Positions 30,522 to 40,611 of a stretch of 64,000 bases of DNA are shown one piece after another; within the stretch, counting starts at the first letter, position 1; every line of letters begins with the position of its first letter. Location of the stretch: positions 181,488-245,487 of the forward strand of contig JAGVDM010000006.1 of the NCBI GenBank assembly GCA_020058765.1, read 5' to 3'. The position numbers and the translations under genes were made by a program. Under the pieces are notes generated by a model that was given only the letters and a program-made list of their open reading frames with translations, was not told the DNA's origin and searched no databases. This DNA is from Candidatus Peribacterales bacterium. Lineage in GTDB: Bacteria > Patescibacteriota > Gracilibacteria > Peribacterales > Peribacteraceae.

Positions 30522-31085
30522 TTACGCGTGTCGTGCAGGGTTTTTGAGGTACTGCGTATCAGCAAAAGCCATGGAGAGGTACGGCTGCGCCTCGGCCGTG
30601 TATTGCGCATTGAAGTGTAGATCTTGATCGAGCCACAACCGCGTAAATTCAGTAACGTCCACGGCTCCGTCGTATCCGTTTTGTACATTCTGCACTGCGC
30701 CGTTCTTGAGAATTTTGTAGGTCCAATGCAGGTGTGGCCCATGCGCAAAACCTGAGCTACCGCTTTTCCCAATAGGGTCTCCTTGGTAAATATTTTGACC
30801 GGAAGTCACCAGTGAGGAGGAGAGATGTGCAAGCGCGCTCTTGCGCTTCGCATCCGTAATCACAATGTGCAATCCGTACCCTTGATCTCCATCGTCGATC
30901 ACGGTGGCTACACCGTCATGCGGCGCATAGATCGTTGTTCCTTCGGGGATACCGAAATCCACACCATTATGGCCAGACAAACCAAACTGCGCATACACAT
31001 CGGGATTTTGGCCGAATCCTTGTGTAACAAGAGGAGTACCTGGCAGGGGGCAGAAGATCACGCACCAAGTGTACGCGGTATGCAA
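30522..31085 (-). CDS. M23 family metallopeptidase
   Basis: GHNGVDFGIPEGTTIYAPHDG and GSSGFAHGPHLHW, the HxxxD and HxH zinc motifs. TTG start. No obvious signal peptide. Confidence 0.75.
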   Translation of the reverse strand: MHTAYTWCVIFCPLPGTPLVTQGFGQNPDVYAQFGLSGHNGVDFGIPEGTTIYAPHDGVATVIDDGDQGYGLHIVITDAKRKSALAHLSSSLVTSGQNIYQGDPIGKSGSSGFAHGPHLHWTYKILKNGAVQNVQNGYDGAVDVTEFTRLWLDQDLHFNAQYTAEAQPYLSMAFADTQYLKNPARHA

Positions 31086-31093
31086 TACCGCTG

Positions 31094-31651
31094 CTACATC
31101 CTCGTCATATAGGTGCCAGTCTCTGTATTCACTCGAACAACGTCACCTTCGTTCACAAAGAGCGGCACGTTGATAGTGACACCAGTTTCCAACTTGGCAG
31201 GCTTGTTGCCCCCGGTGGCAGTATCGCCTTTCACGCCGGGCTGCGTTTCTACAACCTTTAGATCCACAGTAGCCTTGAGCGAAATGCCAATCGGCTTCTC
31301 CCCGAAGACGAGTGCATCTACTTCACTGCCCTCCACCAGATAATCTGCCTGATCTCCGATGCTGTCTGCCTGCAAATCGAACTGGTCATAACTACCCAAA
31401 TCCATAAAGGTGAAAGCTTCACCATTGCCGTACAGGTACTGGCAACGGCGATAGCCAACATCTGCCTGCTGTACCTTCTCGCTCCCTTGGAAGTTGCGCG
31501 CAATAATAGAACCCGTAATAAGGTTCTTCAGTTTGCACTGCATGTTCGCCTTGCTCTGGCTCTTGCGGCCAAACTGCGATTCGACAATCAGGTATGGCTC
31601 GCCATCAAGTTCAATGGCACGCCCGGGTTTGAGATCAGTGAGTTCGTACAT
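31094..31651 (-). CDS. efp: elongation factor P
   Basis: MYELTDLKPGRAIELDGEPYLIVESQFGRKSQSKANMQCKLKNLITG. The start was moved to the ATG at 31651, giving 185 aa. Confidence 0.9.
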   Translation of the reverse strand: MYELTDLKPGRAIELDGEPYLIVESQFGRKSQSKANMQCKLKNLITGSIIARNFQGSEKVQQADVGYRRCQYLYGNGEAFTFMDLGSYDQFDLQADSIGDQADYLVEGSEVDALVFGEKPIGISLKATVDLKVVETQPGVKGDTATGGNKPAKLETGVTINVPLFVNEGDVVRVNTETGTYMTRM

Positions 31652-31703
31652 AAGGGCCAGTAGTCTAGCTGACCGGGGAGGGAGCTGGTCAAGGAGACCG
31701 TTA

Positions 31704-33689
31704 CTAGAGTTCTGTCTCGAGCACTGCACCTGTTTCCATCGGCGCAGCCTGATGGAACACCGTTGCTTGCTGTGCCGCCTGATCCCAACGCAGCTCCACT
31801 ACCTCGCGACGCGTAAGATCGCGTAGGCGGGAATCCTCCGGGAGGGAACGGAATACTGCTCGCAAAATGCGTCCGCGATCAGCGTGCTGATCAAGCGCAG
31901 CAAGCTCCACACGCAATTGATTCTCGCGGGAACGAGGCATCTTGTAGGTATACACACGCTCAAGCATGGCGCGAATAGTCGTATCGATTTCCTCATCCGT
32001 AAGAGCCACTACTCCTTGCGACGGACGCACTGGGAGGAATGCTGCAATATCTTCCAGAACATCTGCATCCATTGTAGCAACGCCAGTACCCGTCTGCTGC
32101 ACATCGAGTGCAAGGCGCGTGAGCATCAGGCGAGCTTCTTTTCTTGCCTGAGGATCGAGCGTGTCGTCTTCTTCGTCCAACAGTGCAAGATACGGCTGCA
32201 GATCCATCCATGTCTGTGCAATCGCATCAGCATCGCCTGCTTCCACCACATCACTGAAGGAGACCAAGGAGTCTGCGAAGAGCACTGCCTCTGCCTCGTC
32301 GGGAGCGAGCACGCCGCCAGATGGAAGGTTAGCTGCAACCTGCAGCACCGTCTTTTTAAGCACGTAGCTGTCATCTCCAGGGAGCGACGCTGCGACTTGT
32401 GCAATCGTACCAGCCAAGGAATCGCGAATCAGGGACTGGGATGCCAGATCACCACCGGTTCCTGTTTCTGCGAGAGCAATGAGCGTATCGCGGAAATCCT
32501 GGAGAACAGCCTCTGCCTCCTCGCCCTCATTCAACAGTGCCGCTGCCTCATTTAAACGAGTGTTCGCTTGAGACAAACGCTTCTGCACTCGTGACGTTTC
32601 ATCGAAGGAAAAGAACACGTCCACAGCCTCTGCTGCACGCTTCACGGAATACAACGAAGAAGTGGGCAGAATGCCTGCAGCAGCAGCTCGGCGCTCTTGC
32701 TGCATGTGTGCAATAGACCGGCGGTGCACTGCGTCTTTCGCAAGGTTCTGTGCAGCCCAGTCCTGCGTGAATTCCACCTCGGGAATCTTCTGCACAACCA
32801 GCGCAGCATCTCCGCGAAGGGTCACCTGTTCCCCCACGCTGAGGAGCACATGTTCTGTGCCCTGCTGTACTTCAACACTGCGATCCCACACTTTCACCGT
32901 CACACTGCCGTCGGCAGCTTCCTGCAGAGAAACGCTTCCTTCGTGGACGGTGACAATACCGTGACGTACAGCCACAGTCACACCACGCACCGCGGAGGGT
33001 AGTAACCCCTGTACCCATACGCCTCCGTTCTCTAGCGAGAGCGATGGCAAAAATGCATCGTTTGATTCCACATGCTCGCTTGTATCTTGCACGGCTATGC
33101 CGCTACTGGCCTGCAAACGCACCACAGCATCATCACGGAAGATCAGGCTCGATTCGCCATCATACGTACGAATACGCATGCCAGACTCCACCACCAAATC
33201 GTTCACAACGGACTGCCAAAGCTCACCAACAGACAGTGCAACTTCTCCACGAGTTGGAACGAGCATCACCTGTGATTCAGCAATAGTTGGTGTTGCCAAG
33301 AATAACGCCGGACTCGTTTGTACGATCAATGCCACAACCGCGAGCGACGCGACCCACTTCACCCAGCTATACGGCGAGGGCGAAGCAGCCACAGGCTCCA
33401 GAGCAAGATTGGCGAGGATCCGCTGACCCAAATACGCACGCAAATCAGCTGGTGGCATGAGCGCCTCGCGCACACGGTCCCACACTGTTTCTATGCTTGG
33501 CACCGGCGCAATGCGCGCAGCAATGCGCGTCCAAATGCGATCTTGCGCTCCAGGTGCAGGCTCCAAGGAATCCCCAAATGCCATACGTGGCTCAATGCGA
33601 CGCATCATAGCGCTGCGCACGCGCTCGCGCGCACCCGCGGGTGCAGGCGCGTCTTCGGGAAGCCGACGGAGGAGAGACTCAAGAGACAT
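31704..33689 (-). CDS. anti-sigma factor-like membrane protein with FecR-like and long helical extracytoplasmic domains
   Basis: It sits directly downstream of the ECF sigma gene. It has a short cytoplasmic N-terminus, one TM helix (WVKWVASLAVVALIVQT) and a FecR-like beta region (TRGEVALSV...MRIRTYDGESSLIFRDDAVVRL). A helical region of about 350 aa follows. The start could be 33689 or 33737. Confidence 0.55.
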   Translation of the reverse strand: MSLESLLRRLPEDAPAPAGARERVRSAMMRRIEPRMAFGDSLEPAPGAQDRIWTRIAARIAPVPSIETVWDRVREALMPPADLRAYLGQRILANLALEPVAASPSPYSWVKWVASLAVVALIVQTSPALFLATPTIAESQVMLVPTRGEVALSVGELWQSVVNDLVVESGMRIRTYDGESSLIFRDDAVVRLQASSGIAVQDTSEHVESNDAFLPSLSLENGGVWVQGLLPSAVRGVTVAVRHGIVTVHEGSVSLQEAADGSVTVKVWDRSVEVQQGTEHVLLSVGEQVTLRGDAALVVQKIPEVEFTQDWAAQNLAKDAVHRRSIAHMQQERRAAAAGILPTSSLYSVKRAAEAVDVFFSFDETSRVQKRLSQANTRLNEAAALLNEGEEAEAVLQDFRDTLIALAETGTGGDLASQSLIRDSLAGTIAQVAASLPGDDSYVLKKTVLQVAANLPSGGVLAPDEAEAVLFADSLVSFSDVVEAGDADAIAQTWMDLQPYLALLDEEDDTLDPQARKEARLMLTRLALDVQQTGTGVATMDADVLEDIAAFLPVRPSQGVVALTDEEIDTTIRAMLERVYTYKMPRSRENQLRVELAALDQHADRGRILRAVFRSLPEDSRLRDLTRREVVELRWDQAAQQATVFHQAAPMETGAVLETEL

Positions 33690-33726
33690 AGTTTCTACTA
33701 CAGAAAACGGCCGAGGATCGGGTTTG

Positions 33727-34299
33727 TTACACCCCATTGTCGTGAATATCGGGTGGAAGCTCTTCTTCTAGCTTGCGTAATGCGCGAAACTTGAGCGTTC
33801 GTACTGAACCCTCACTCGTTCGCATCACACGTGCGACCTCACTCCCTGGCAAATCTGCCACGTACGAAAGGTGCAGCACTTCACGATACCGGGATGGCAA
33901 ACGATCCATGGCACCGCGCATGGTTTTGAGCAAATGCTGGCGCTTTACGCGGGCTTCAGTGCGATTGAATGCATCTTCATCGGGCAGATCCTCAGACACC
34001 TCCTCCCAATCACGGCGCTTGCGGTAGGTATCAATCACGGTGTGCCGCACAATACGGAACAACCATGCGCCAAATGGAATACCCTTACGCACATGGTAGG
34101 TGTGGATCTTCTCCCATGCCTTCACAAAGACATCTGCCACCGTGTCCTCACACACTTCGCGCGGCAAACGAAACGCCGCGTAGCGATACACGGAATCGAA
34201 GAAGTGGTCATAGAGTTGACCAAACGCCTTCGTATCACCCTCCTGCGCCTGAGCGACGAGGGCAATAATCTGCTCTTCGGTGAGAGGCTTTGCTTGCAC
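33727..34299 (-). CDS. ECF-type RNA polymerase sigma factor
   Basis: FGQLYDHFFDSVYRYAAFRL...EDTVADVFVKAW (region 2) and REVLHLSYVADLPGSEVARVMRTSEGSVRTLKFRALRKL (region 4). GTG start. Confidence 0.85.
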   Translation of the reverse strand: MQAKPLTEEQIIALVAQAQEGDTKAFGQLYDHFFDSVYRYAAFRLPREVCEDTVADVFVKAWEKIHTYHVRKGIPFGAWLFRIVRHTVIDTYRKRRDWEEVSEDLPDEDAFNRTEARVKRQHLLKTMRGAMDRLPSRYREVLHLSYVADLPGSEVARVMRTSEGSVRTLKFRALRKLEEELPPDIHDNGV

Positions 34300-34382
34300 G
34301 AAGGAAGCGGGCAGAAAAGGGAGAACAGTATACTACGAAATCGTCTTTCCCAAGAGGAAAACGCGGGAAAACCGAAAATGTT

Positions 34383-36176
34383 TCACTCCCATTCGATAGT
34401 GCCCGGCGGCTTGCTTGTAAGATCAAGGTAGACGCTATCGATCCCTGCAAGGGCGAGAATACGCTCAGTGATGCGACGCAGCACATCTGGAGGTAATCCG
34501 GCGGCATTCGCGGTCATAGCATCGATGGATTCCACGGGGCGAAGTACAACTGATTGACCACCATCGCTGGTGCCAAAAGGCACCAAAACAACGGGGAATT
34601 GCCATATACGCTTGGAAAGCGCCTCATCTGCCGCCAATTCTTCATTTACAATGGCATCTGCCTCACGGAGCAGATCCGCACGTTCGCGGGTGAGGTACCC
34701 CGGAGTGAATACGGCCTGTGTGGGCTGGGAATGTGACAGGCAGAGCAGTACACGACTGACACGTGGATTTGCATTGGGAATGGAAACAGAGAGCGCATGG
34801 TAGGACTCCGGAGGCGTGAAGGGATCTTCTGTGAATAGAGATACCGCATGACGATATGTGCGGCCATCGCCCTGCACGCCTACAGACCGTACGGGCAGTA
34901 CTTGGTGGGGCACATCGAGAGTGAGCGTGACGTCGCTCGTAGGTTCTGGGGCAGCAGCACAGAGGATGCGCACTCCAAGGCCAGGGCCAGGGAACGGATG
35001 CCGCCACACGAGGGCATGTGGCAACCCGAGCTCTTCGCCGAGTTGGCGAACCTCGTCTTTGTACAGATCTTTGAGTGGCTCTATAACAAGCCCACGCTCG
35101 ATCATCCGCTGCACGGCTTCCACACGATTGTGGTGCGTTTTGATCTTATCTGCGTGCTTGGTAGCACCGGTTTCAATCGTATCGGGATAGATCGTCCCTT
35201 GGCCGAGCATCCAGCCGTCATCCATGACAAGACCCATATCTTCACTCACACGCTTCTGCACGGCGAGGAACGTATTACCGATGATCTGACGCTTCTCCTC
35301 GGGGGCGTACACATCTTTCAGATTGCCGAAAAATTCTTCAGCTGCGTCTTCGATGTGCAAATTGGTAATGCCCAAACGATCGAATGCATCACGAATCATT
35401 GCCACTTCGCCTTTACGCATGAGGCCGGTATCTACGAGCAAACCCTGCACACGTTTGGCACCAAGCACATCGTTGAGGAGGGTGAACGCAACGGTGGAAT
35501 CCACACCACCAGATACAAGCATAAACACTTTGCGATCGCCCACTTCTTTGCGGATTTCATCGGCAATGCGCTCTGCATATCCGGTCATAGACCATGGCTC
35601 CGCATTGCACAGATCTACGAATCGCTTGAGCATATCGAACCCGTGTTCCGTGTGCGTCACTTCGGGGTGGAACTGGAATGCGTAAAACTTGCGCGACTCG
35701 TCTGCAAACGCCGCGTTCACGCAGGCATCGGATGTAGCAATGCGCACAAACCCCTCGGGCAAACGTGCAGCTTCGTCGCCGTGCGACATCCACACTACGC
35801 AGCTTTCGCCACAATCACGAAGGATGGAACCGTTTCCTTCAATGCGAATCGGCGTACGCCCGTACTCTTTGGTAGTGCCCGCTTTCACCTCGCCACCGAG
35901 TGTCTGGGTCATCCAGTGCAAGCCATAGCAAAGACCGAGCACGGGAACACCAAGATCAAAAATCTTTGGATCGGCCTGCGGACTCCCTGGTTCATACACG
36001 CTCTGTGGTCCACCGGAAAGAATGATGCCCGCTGCACCCTTCAATTCTTTTGCTGGTGTTTCCGGCGGACGGATTTCCGCGAATGCGCCGAAGCGGCGCA
36101 CGCGGCTCGCAATGAGATGTGCGTACTGACCGCCGAAGTCGAGGATGACGATGCCGCGCGGGGCTTCCATAGACAC
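34383..36176 (-). CDS. guaA: GMP synthase (glutamine-hydrolysing), long form
   Basis: GATase (ILDFGGQYAHLIASRVR, GLCYGLH), ATP-PPase (LVSGGVDSTVAF) and C-terminal KPPGTIEWE. An extra segment of about 80 aa carrying a second LPVRSVGVQGDGRTY-type motif lies in the dimerisation region. Confidence 0.9.
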   Translation of the reverse strand: MSMEAPRGIVILDFGGQYAHLIASRVRRFGAFAEIRPPETPAKELKGAAGIILSGGPQSVYEPGSPQADPKIFDLGVPVLGLCYGLHWMTQTLGGEVKAGTTKEYGRTPIRIEGNGSILRDCGESCVVWMSHGDEAARLPEGFVRIATSDACVNAAFADESRKFYAFQFHPEVTHTEHGFDMLKRFVDLCNAEPWSMTGYAERIADEIRKEVGDRKVFMLVSGGVDSTVAFTLLNDVLGAKRVQGLLVDTGLMRKGEVAMIRDAFDRLGITNLHIEDAAEEFFGNLKDVYAPEEKRQIIGNTFLAVQKRVSEDMGLVMDDGWMLGQGTIYPDTIETGATKHADKIKTHHNRVEAVQRMIERGLVIEPLKDLYKDEVRQLGEELGLPHALVWRHPFPGPGLGVRILCAAAPEPTSDVTLTLDVPHQVLPVRSVGVQGDGRTYRHAVSLFTEDPFTPPESYHALSVSIPNANPRVSRVLLCLSHSQPTQAVFTPGYLTRERADLLREADAIVNEELAADEALSKRIWQFPVVLVPFGTSDGGQSVVLRPVESIDAMTANAAGLPPDVLRRITERILALAGIDSVYLDLTSKPPGTIEWE

Positions 36177-36237
36177 AAGGTACAGAAAGACTCAGGAAAA
36201 GTGGAGACAACACGCACCGGAAAAGAGAACGACAAGC

Positions 36238-36930
36238 ATGTTTGACAGAACGAAATACTGGGTCTATGAATACACTATGAGTGCAGTCGAAACCCTTCGA
36301 AATATCGTGAAAAAATGTGACGAACTGGACAGGCAGTTGCCAGACAGCGCACACAAGGCAGTCGACGTTGAATGCACATCAGAAGCACTGCTCACAAAAC
36401 CGCTAGAAACAGTACTGGAGCAATTGCACAATCGGATCCGGTCAATCCGCGCTGCGGCATTGAGCGCCCTTGCAGACATTGCAGAACCATACCAGGATCT
36501 GCTTGAAAAAAATCCACACGGCAAGCGCATTGTTGCGCTAGCTAGCAACCCAACAGCACCACTTGGTGCGAATGGAGATGCGATCGCAGCAGATCGCTCA
36601 GCGTTCTACCGTGAGCAGGTGACGGGCGCAGTTGTAAGTCACCAAAAGAAGGTGCAGCCGAATCTGAATAAGACCGCTACTCCACCACCAACGCAGAGTG
36701 CAAAATCTTTCCTCCCACAATTCATCACACGCCTGTGGAGCCAGCCATCACCCCATCCAGCAGCGGAATCCCCCAAGGGCGAAACAATCCTGCACCCAGA
36801 AATTGTAGCAATTGCAAACACTCTGGCAGAGACGGACGCGCGCGTGAATCAGGTACGAAGTGAAGCAAGGCATCTGCTCCTGCGCCATGCAGAAGCTATA
36901 GCTGCAAAGAAGAACGGCGAGGCGCATTGA
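36238..36930 (+). CDS. hypothetical protein
   Basis: ORF with its start moved to the ATG at 36238, so it does not overlap the guaA start. No motif recognised. Its 3' end overlaps the convergent ligase-like gene by 35 nt. Confidence 0.45.
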   Translation: MFDRTKYWVYEYTMSAVETLRNIVKKCDELDRQLPDSAHKAVDVECTSEALLTKPLETVLEQLHNRIRSIRAAALSALADIAEPYQDLLEKNPHGKRIVALASNPTAPLGANGDAIAADRSAFYREQVTGAVVSHQKKVQPNLNKTATPPPTQSAKSFLPQFITRLWSQPSPHPAAESPKGETILHPEIVAIANTLAETDARVNQVRSEARHLLLRHAEAIAAKKNGEAH

Positions 36931-38299
36931 CCCACGCGGCTGCAAGCAACGCGAGTGTGTATGCCACTGCACTGTCTTCCCATGCATGAAGCACGAGTGC
37001 ACCGATGCTCACACCCATAAACGCGAGGAATGTCGCATACGCAAGATCGGAATGCGGAAGGGTGTTACGTAATGCTGCGATCAACAGGAGTGTGTACGCA
37101 ATAAAGAGCGCAAGACCAACCCACCCAAGCTCCACGCCAATTTGCAGGTACCAGCTCTCCGGAAGGAAGGGGCAATTGCATACTCGACCGGGCATATCTG
37201 CAGTAGGAGGTGGTGGCTGCACCTGCACGTCGCCAACGAACACGCACAGGTTTGGCCGATCTTGTGCCCAAGCTGCATCTGCACCAGCATCGAGATACAC
37301 GCATGTGTCGGCAATTCTGTTTTGCGCGGGGCCAGCTGCGCCAAGGCCAGCACCAAACGGCTGCTCCGTCATGCGCTGCACTGCAGCGAGCGGCCGCAAG
37401 ATGTGATCACGCGTAGATGCGCTGCGTAGAAGCACCTGGGGAAAGAGCAACATGCCAACGATGCCGCAACACAGAAGAACTCCGCCACCAATCAACGCTC
37501 TCTGTGCACGATGCTGTGGCTGCGTTGCACGCAGGAATACGATCACGGTAATCACTGCAGCAGCAAGCCACGAAGCACGTGAGAATGTGAGAGCAATTGC
37601 ACCACCAAATATGACCGTGCCGGCAATAGTGCGCACCTGCGGCATTCGCACAGTGGCAATGAGAGAGAGCGCATACGGCAGAAGGAGCCACATGCCCAAC
37701 TGATTGGGGCCGCTCATGGTGCTCTGCATTCTGCGAATGCCAAGAGCACCGATCTGCTGGAATGCAGCAACCGGGCCACTGGATACATAGAGCGAATGTA
37801 GATCGGAATACCCAAGCCACACGAAGAATGCCTGTGGAGCGACAAGCGTGAGTATTCCGTAGACAGCAACAAGCACGCCGACAGACAAAACACCCTTTGT
37901 TACCTGCGCAAAAAAACGCGTCGACCACTCGACACGTCGTACAAGGAAGAACGTGATGAGAGGGACAAAGTCATACCGAACACCAAGGGCGATTGCTTTG
38001 GGATTCCAGCCTGTGCGCAGGCTGACGAACACGGCTGTGAGTGCAAGTCCGAGGATGCAGAAATCCAACGGATCAAGCCGAAAGAACGATCGTACACCTC
38101 GTGACGCATGCTGAAACAGTTCGACGACTACGAGGAGGAGAATGACGGCAAGCACACACTCTTTCCACAGCGCGAGTGCACCGAGTGGTGGTTGCCCTGC
38201 ACCTGCAACCAGACGCGTTCCGACGGTGACGAAGAATGCATGCAGCGGCAGGAGCGTGAGCAGGAGGACTGCCAGAGCTTCACGCATGCGTTGTAGCAT
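36896..38299 (-). CDS. O-antigen ligase / polymerase-like (Wzy_C) membrane protein
   Basis: About 10 or more TM helices. FSRASWLAAAVITVIVFL is a typical O-antigen ligase loop region. The ATG at 38299 lies 2 nt after the wecB stop. Confidence 0.6.
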   Translation of the reverse strand: MLQRMREALAVLLLTLLPLHAFFVTVGTRLVAGAGQPPLGALALWKECVLAVILLLVVVELFQHASRGVRSFFRLDPLDFCILGLALTAVFVSLRTGWNPKAIALGVRYDFVPLITFFLVRRVEWSTRFFAQVTKGVLSVGVLVAVYGILTLVAPQAFFVWLGYSDLHSLYVSSGPVAAFQQIGALGIRRMQSTMSGPNQLGMWLLLPYALSLIATVRMPQVRTIAGTVIFGGAIALTFSRASWLAAAVITVIVFLRATQPQHRAQRALIGGGVLLCCGIVGMLLFPQVLLRSASTRDHILRPLAAVQRMTEQPFGAGLGAAGPAQNRIADTCVYLDAGADAAWAQDRPNLCVFVGDVQVQPPPPTADMPGRVCNCPFLPESWYLQIGVELGWVGLALFIAYTLLLIAALRNTLPHSDLAYATFLAFMGVSIGALVLHAWEDSAVAYTLALLAAAWVNAPRRSSLQL

Positions 38300-38301
38300 A
38301 G

Positions 38302-39657
38302 TTACCGAGGAAAGAGGCGCGCCTCCTCGGCGCGGAATACATCGCCAGAAGCGAGCACCTTTTCGACTGCATCCACACACTGAGCACTCACGTTCGACCC
38401 ATAGATCTTGGGTGCGCTGCGCATCTGCGGATTATCCCACGCGTATAAGATTGCCGACTTGATAGCGCCGCTCTCCACAGGAGGCGCAATGATATTACCG
38501 CCCGCCATACACGATTCACTGCGATCTGAACCGAATCGCAGAGTAACGCAGGGGACAGCCAATACATTCATTTCCTCCTGCATACTGCCGCTATCCGTGG
38601 CGCACACTGCCGCCTTACTCATGGCAGCAATCACATCCACATATTCCGGCCATACATCCGTGAAGATGAAGTTCTTGTGCTTACGCGCCATGGCCTGGAT
38701 ATCTTCCTCAAGACCGAACCGCGTGAGTGCGGCTTTCGTCTGATTCATGTTGATGAGCAGGACTGTGCGCCCCTCTTCGATGAGGGATTTCATCGCGCCG
38801 TAGATGGCGCGGAATCGCGACTCAGAAACACAATTCTCGCGACGATGAATGCAGAAGCGGACAAAATTCCCTTCTGCGAGTGCGGGATGCCGATCAAACA
38901 CCGTGGATTGATTGATGCGCGCAAGCGCTTCTTTCGTTGCATCTACAACAGAATTACCCACAACGAAGATGCGATCGTCAGGGAAGCCCTCGCTCAGCAT
39001 AAATTCCCGATCGAGCTCAACCGGAGCGAGGTGTACGCCCGTCCCCGCCTCGCTGCAGCGCGTATTGAACTGCTCAGGATACGGCTCCATGCTGCCACGT
39101 TTCCAGTGTATACGCTCCTGGAGGAATGTTCGCCATGCATCGGTGCCAATCGGTGCATCTCCCCATGCGGCAAAATCCGGTGTGAGCGTACGAATGCCCG
39201 CCTCCACGTGTACCGATGCAAACATATGGCAGTACCCCGCATTGCTCGCTGCCATTGCGGTAGTGGTATCGCCATGCACATACGGAATCACAACTTTTCC
39301 TCGCGTTTTCAATTCGCCAATCACATAGCCCAAGCGACCGATAATCTGGCTAACCACCTCGTGCATCTGACCGCGGACATTCAGATTGAAATCCGGCTGC
39401 ACGCCGAATTCCTTGAGCATTCCGCCGCTCAGGTTCTCATCGTAATGCTGACCCGTATGGCCAAGAATCGCCAAATGCCCACGAGCGACAAGCTCTTTGT
39501 AGAGCGGCACCTGTTTGATGATATCTGGCTTTGTAGCAATCAGAATCAGGTGCACATAGCGACTATCGCTGGCTGCGATATCATCGAAGAAAGATGATGA
39601 TTGATACGTGATTTCTTGCACGGAGGAAGGGTAGCAGCCGACGCACCCTGCTGCCAT
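38302..39657 (-). CDS. wecB: UDP-N-acetylglucosamine 2-epimerase family protein
   Basis: LILIATKPDIIKQVPLYKEL, VHGDTTTAMAASNAG, HVEAGIRT, GNSVVDA. The start is uncertain (ATG 39657 or TTG 39819). Confidence 0.75.
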   Translation of the reverse strand: MAAGCVGCYPSSVQEITYQSSSFFDDIAASDSRYVHLILIATKPDIIKQVPLYKELVARGHLAILGHTGQHYDENLSGGMLKEFGVQPDFNLNVRGQMHEVVSQIIGRLGYVIGELKTRGKVVIPYVHGDTTTAMAASNAGYCHMFASVHVEAGIRTLTPDFAAWGDAPIGTDAWRTFLQERIHWKRGSMEPYPEQFNTRCSEAGTGVHLAPVELDREFMLSEGFPDDRIFVVGNSVVDATKEALARINQSTVFDRHPALAEGNFVRFCIHRRENCVSESRFRAIYGAMKSLIEEGRTVLLINMNQTKAALTRFGLEEDIQAMARKHKNFIFTDVWPEYVDVIAAMSKAAVCATDSGSMQEEMNVLAVPCVTLRFGSDRSESCMAGGNIIAPPVESGAIKSAILYAWDNPQMRSAPKIYGSNVSAQCVDAVEKVLASGDVFRAEEARLFPR

Positions 39658-39796
39658 GCGAATTCCCACTTCGTCGGTGTCATTTGACCAGTCTGCCAAG
39701 CGGAAAATTGCAACTGGTGACCTGTGGGGTGCCTTCCGCATCGCCCGACGTTCGTGCGCCAGATTACAGTAACTGCACATTTCCCCTATCCAATAC

Positions 39797-40255
39797 ATGC
39801 GCCAACCCGGCACTCCCAATACTGAGCATGCCTTGTACTACCTCCACCATTCCCCGCTTACGCAGGACGAGCGTGGTGCGCTGAACGGCAAGTTCGAATA
39901 TGAATGGAGTGAACTTGTTGCAGTATCACGGGAAGCGTTTGCAGCACGCATGCGAGGGGTACAAGAAAAAATAGAGGAGCGCGGCATGCAGGCACATGTA
40001 GAAGGACCGCTCATTATTGAAGATGAAAAGGCAGAAGCGAAATCGCGCCACGATGTATGGCGCATGCGCATTCCCCAGGCAGAAATTGTGGATGTGCAAC
40101 ACCTCACACAACGCAGCGTGGGCACGCTCGTGGGCCCAATTGCAGAAGAGCAAACAGAATCCAAATCTGGCGCGGAAACCGTGCAGCAGATGCCCAAACG
40201 TGCGATGCAGAAGCCCGTGGGGGTACAAGTGATAACAGGCGAGCGTTGCGCATAA
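39797..40255 (+). CDS. hypothetical protein
   Basis: ORF preceded by a C/T-rich tract. No motif recognised. Confidence 0.4.
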   Translation: MRQPGTPNTEHALYYLHHSPLTQDERGALNGKFEYEWSELVAVSREAFAARMRGVQEKIEERGMQAHVEGPLIIEDEKAEAKSRHDVWRMRIPQAEIVDVQHLTQRSVGTLVGPIAEEQTESKSGAETVQQMPKRAMQKPVGVQVITGERCA

Positions 40256-40299
40256 ATACCGTTGTACTCCAATGCCGAAATCTATAGCCTCTGCCACCA

Positions 40300-40611
40300 A
40301 TGTCTACTGACGTTTCCGAAATGTATCAGGTGCTCCTGCAGGTGAATCCGCAGAATTTGCCCCCGCTCAATTCGGGTAATTTGGATGAGTACCAACAGGC
40401 CTATATGGCCGCAGTGGAGGGCATTGCAGACCACATTCGGAATAACTGCACAGACTTGGTGAAAGTGGCGGAGAGTAGATCGGGTGTGGGGGAAATATGT
40501 GTGGAAGGTACGGCGCAGAATATCCACGCACTTCTGCAGGATCCCGTACTACAGCTGCACGAGGGCAAAATCCCCGAGGCGCTATGGAGCACGCGACGGG
40601 AATATGAGTGA
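40300..40611 (+). CDS. hypothetical protein
   Basis: 103-aa ORF. Its stop abuts the convergent gpmI stop with a 0-nt gap. Confidence 0.4.
   Translation: MSTDVSEMYQVLLQVNPQNLPPLNSGNLDEYQQAYMAAVEGIADHIRNNCTDLVKVAESRSGVGEICVEGTAQNIHALLQDPVLQLHEGKIPEALWSTRREYE

Noticed and set aside
34848-36245. A 465-aa plus-strand ORF. Similar long ORFs occur at 58281-59495(-), 24024-24812(+), 38677-39597(+), 41239-42027(+), 18714-19475(-), 21063-21833(-), 52333-53136(-), 56477-57322(-) and 9210-9980(-).
   Set aside because: Each lies entirely antisense to a gene with unmistakable conserved motifs (guaA, V-ATPase K/E, pyrD, wecB, gpmI, hppA, the LOG-like gene, acd, atpI and the giant ORF). Their translations are low-complexity and Arg/Cys/His-rich, with no motifs. 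These are shadow ORFs, expected at this GC content.
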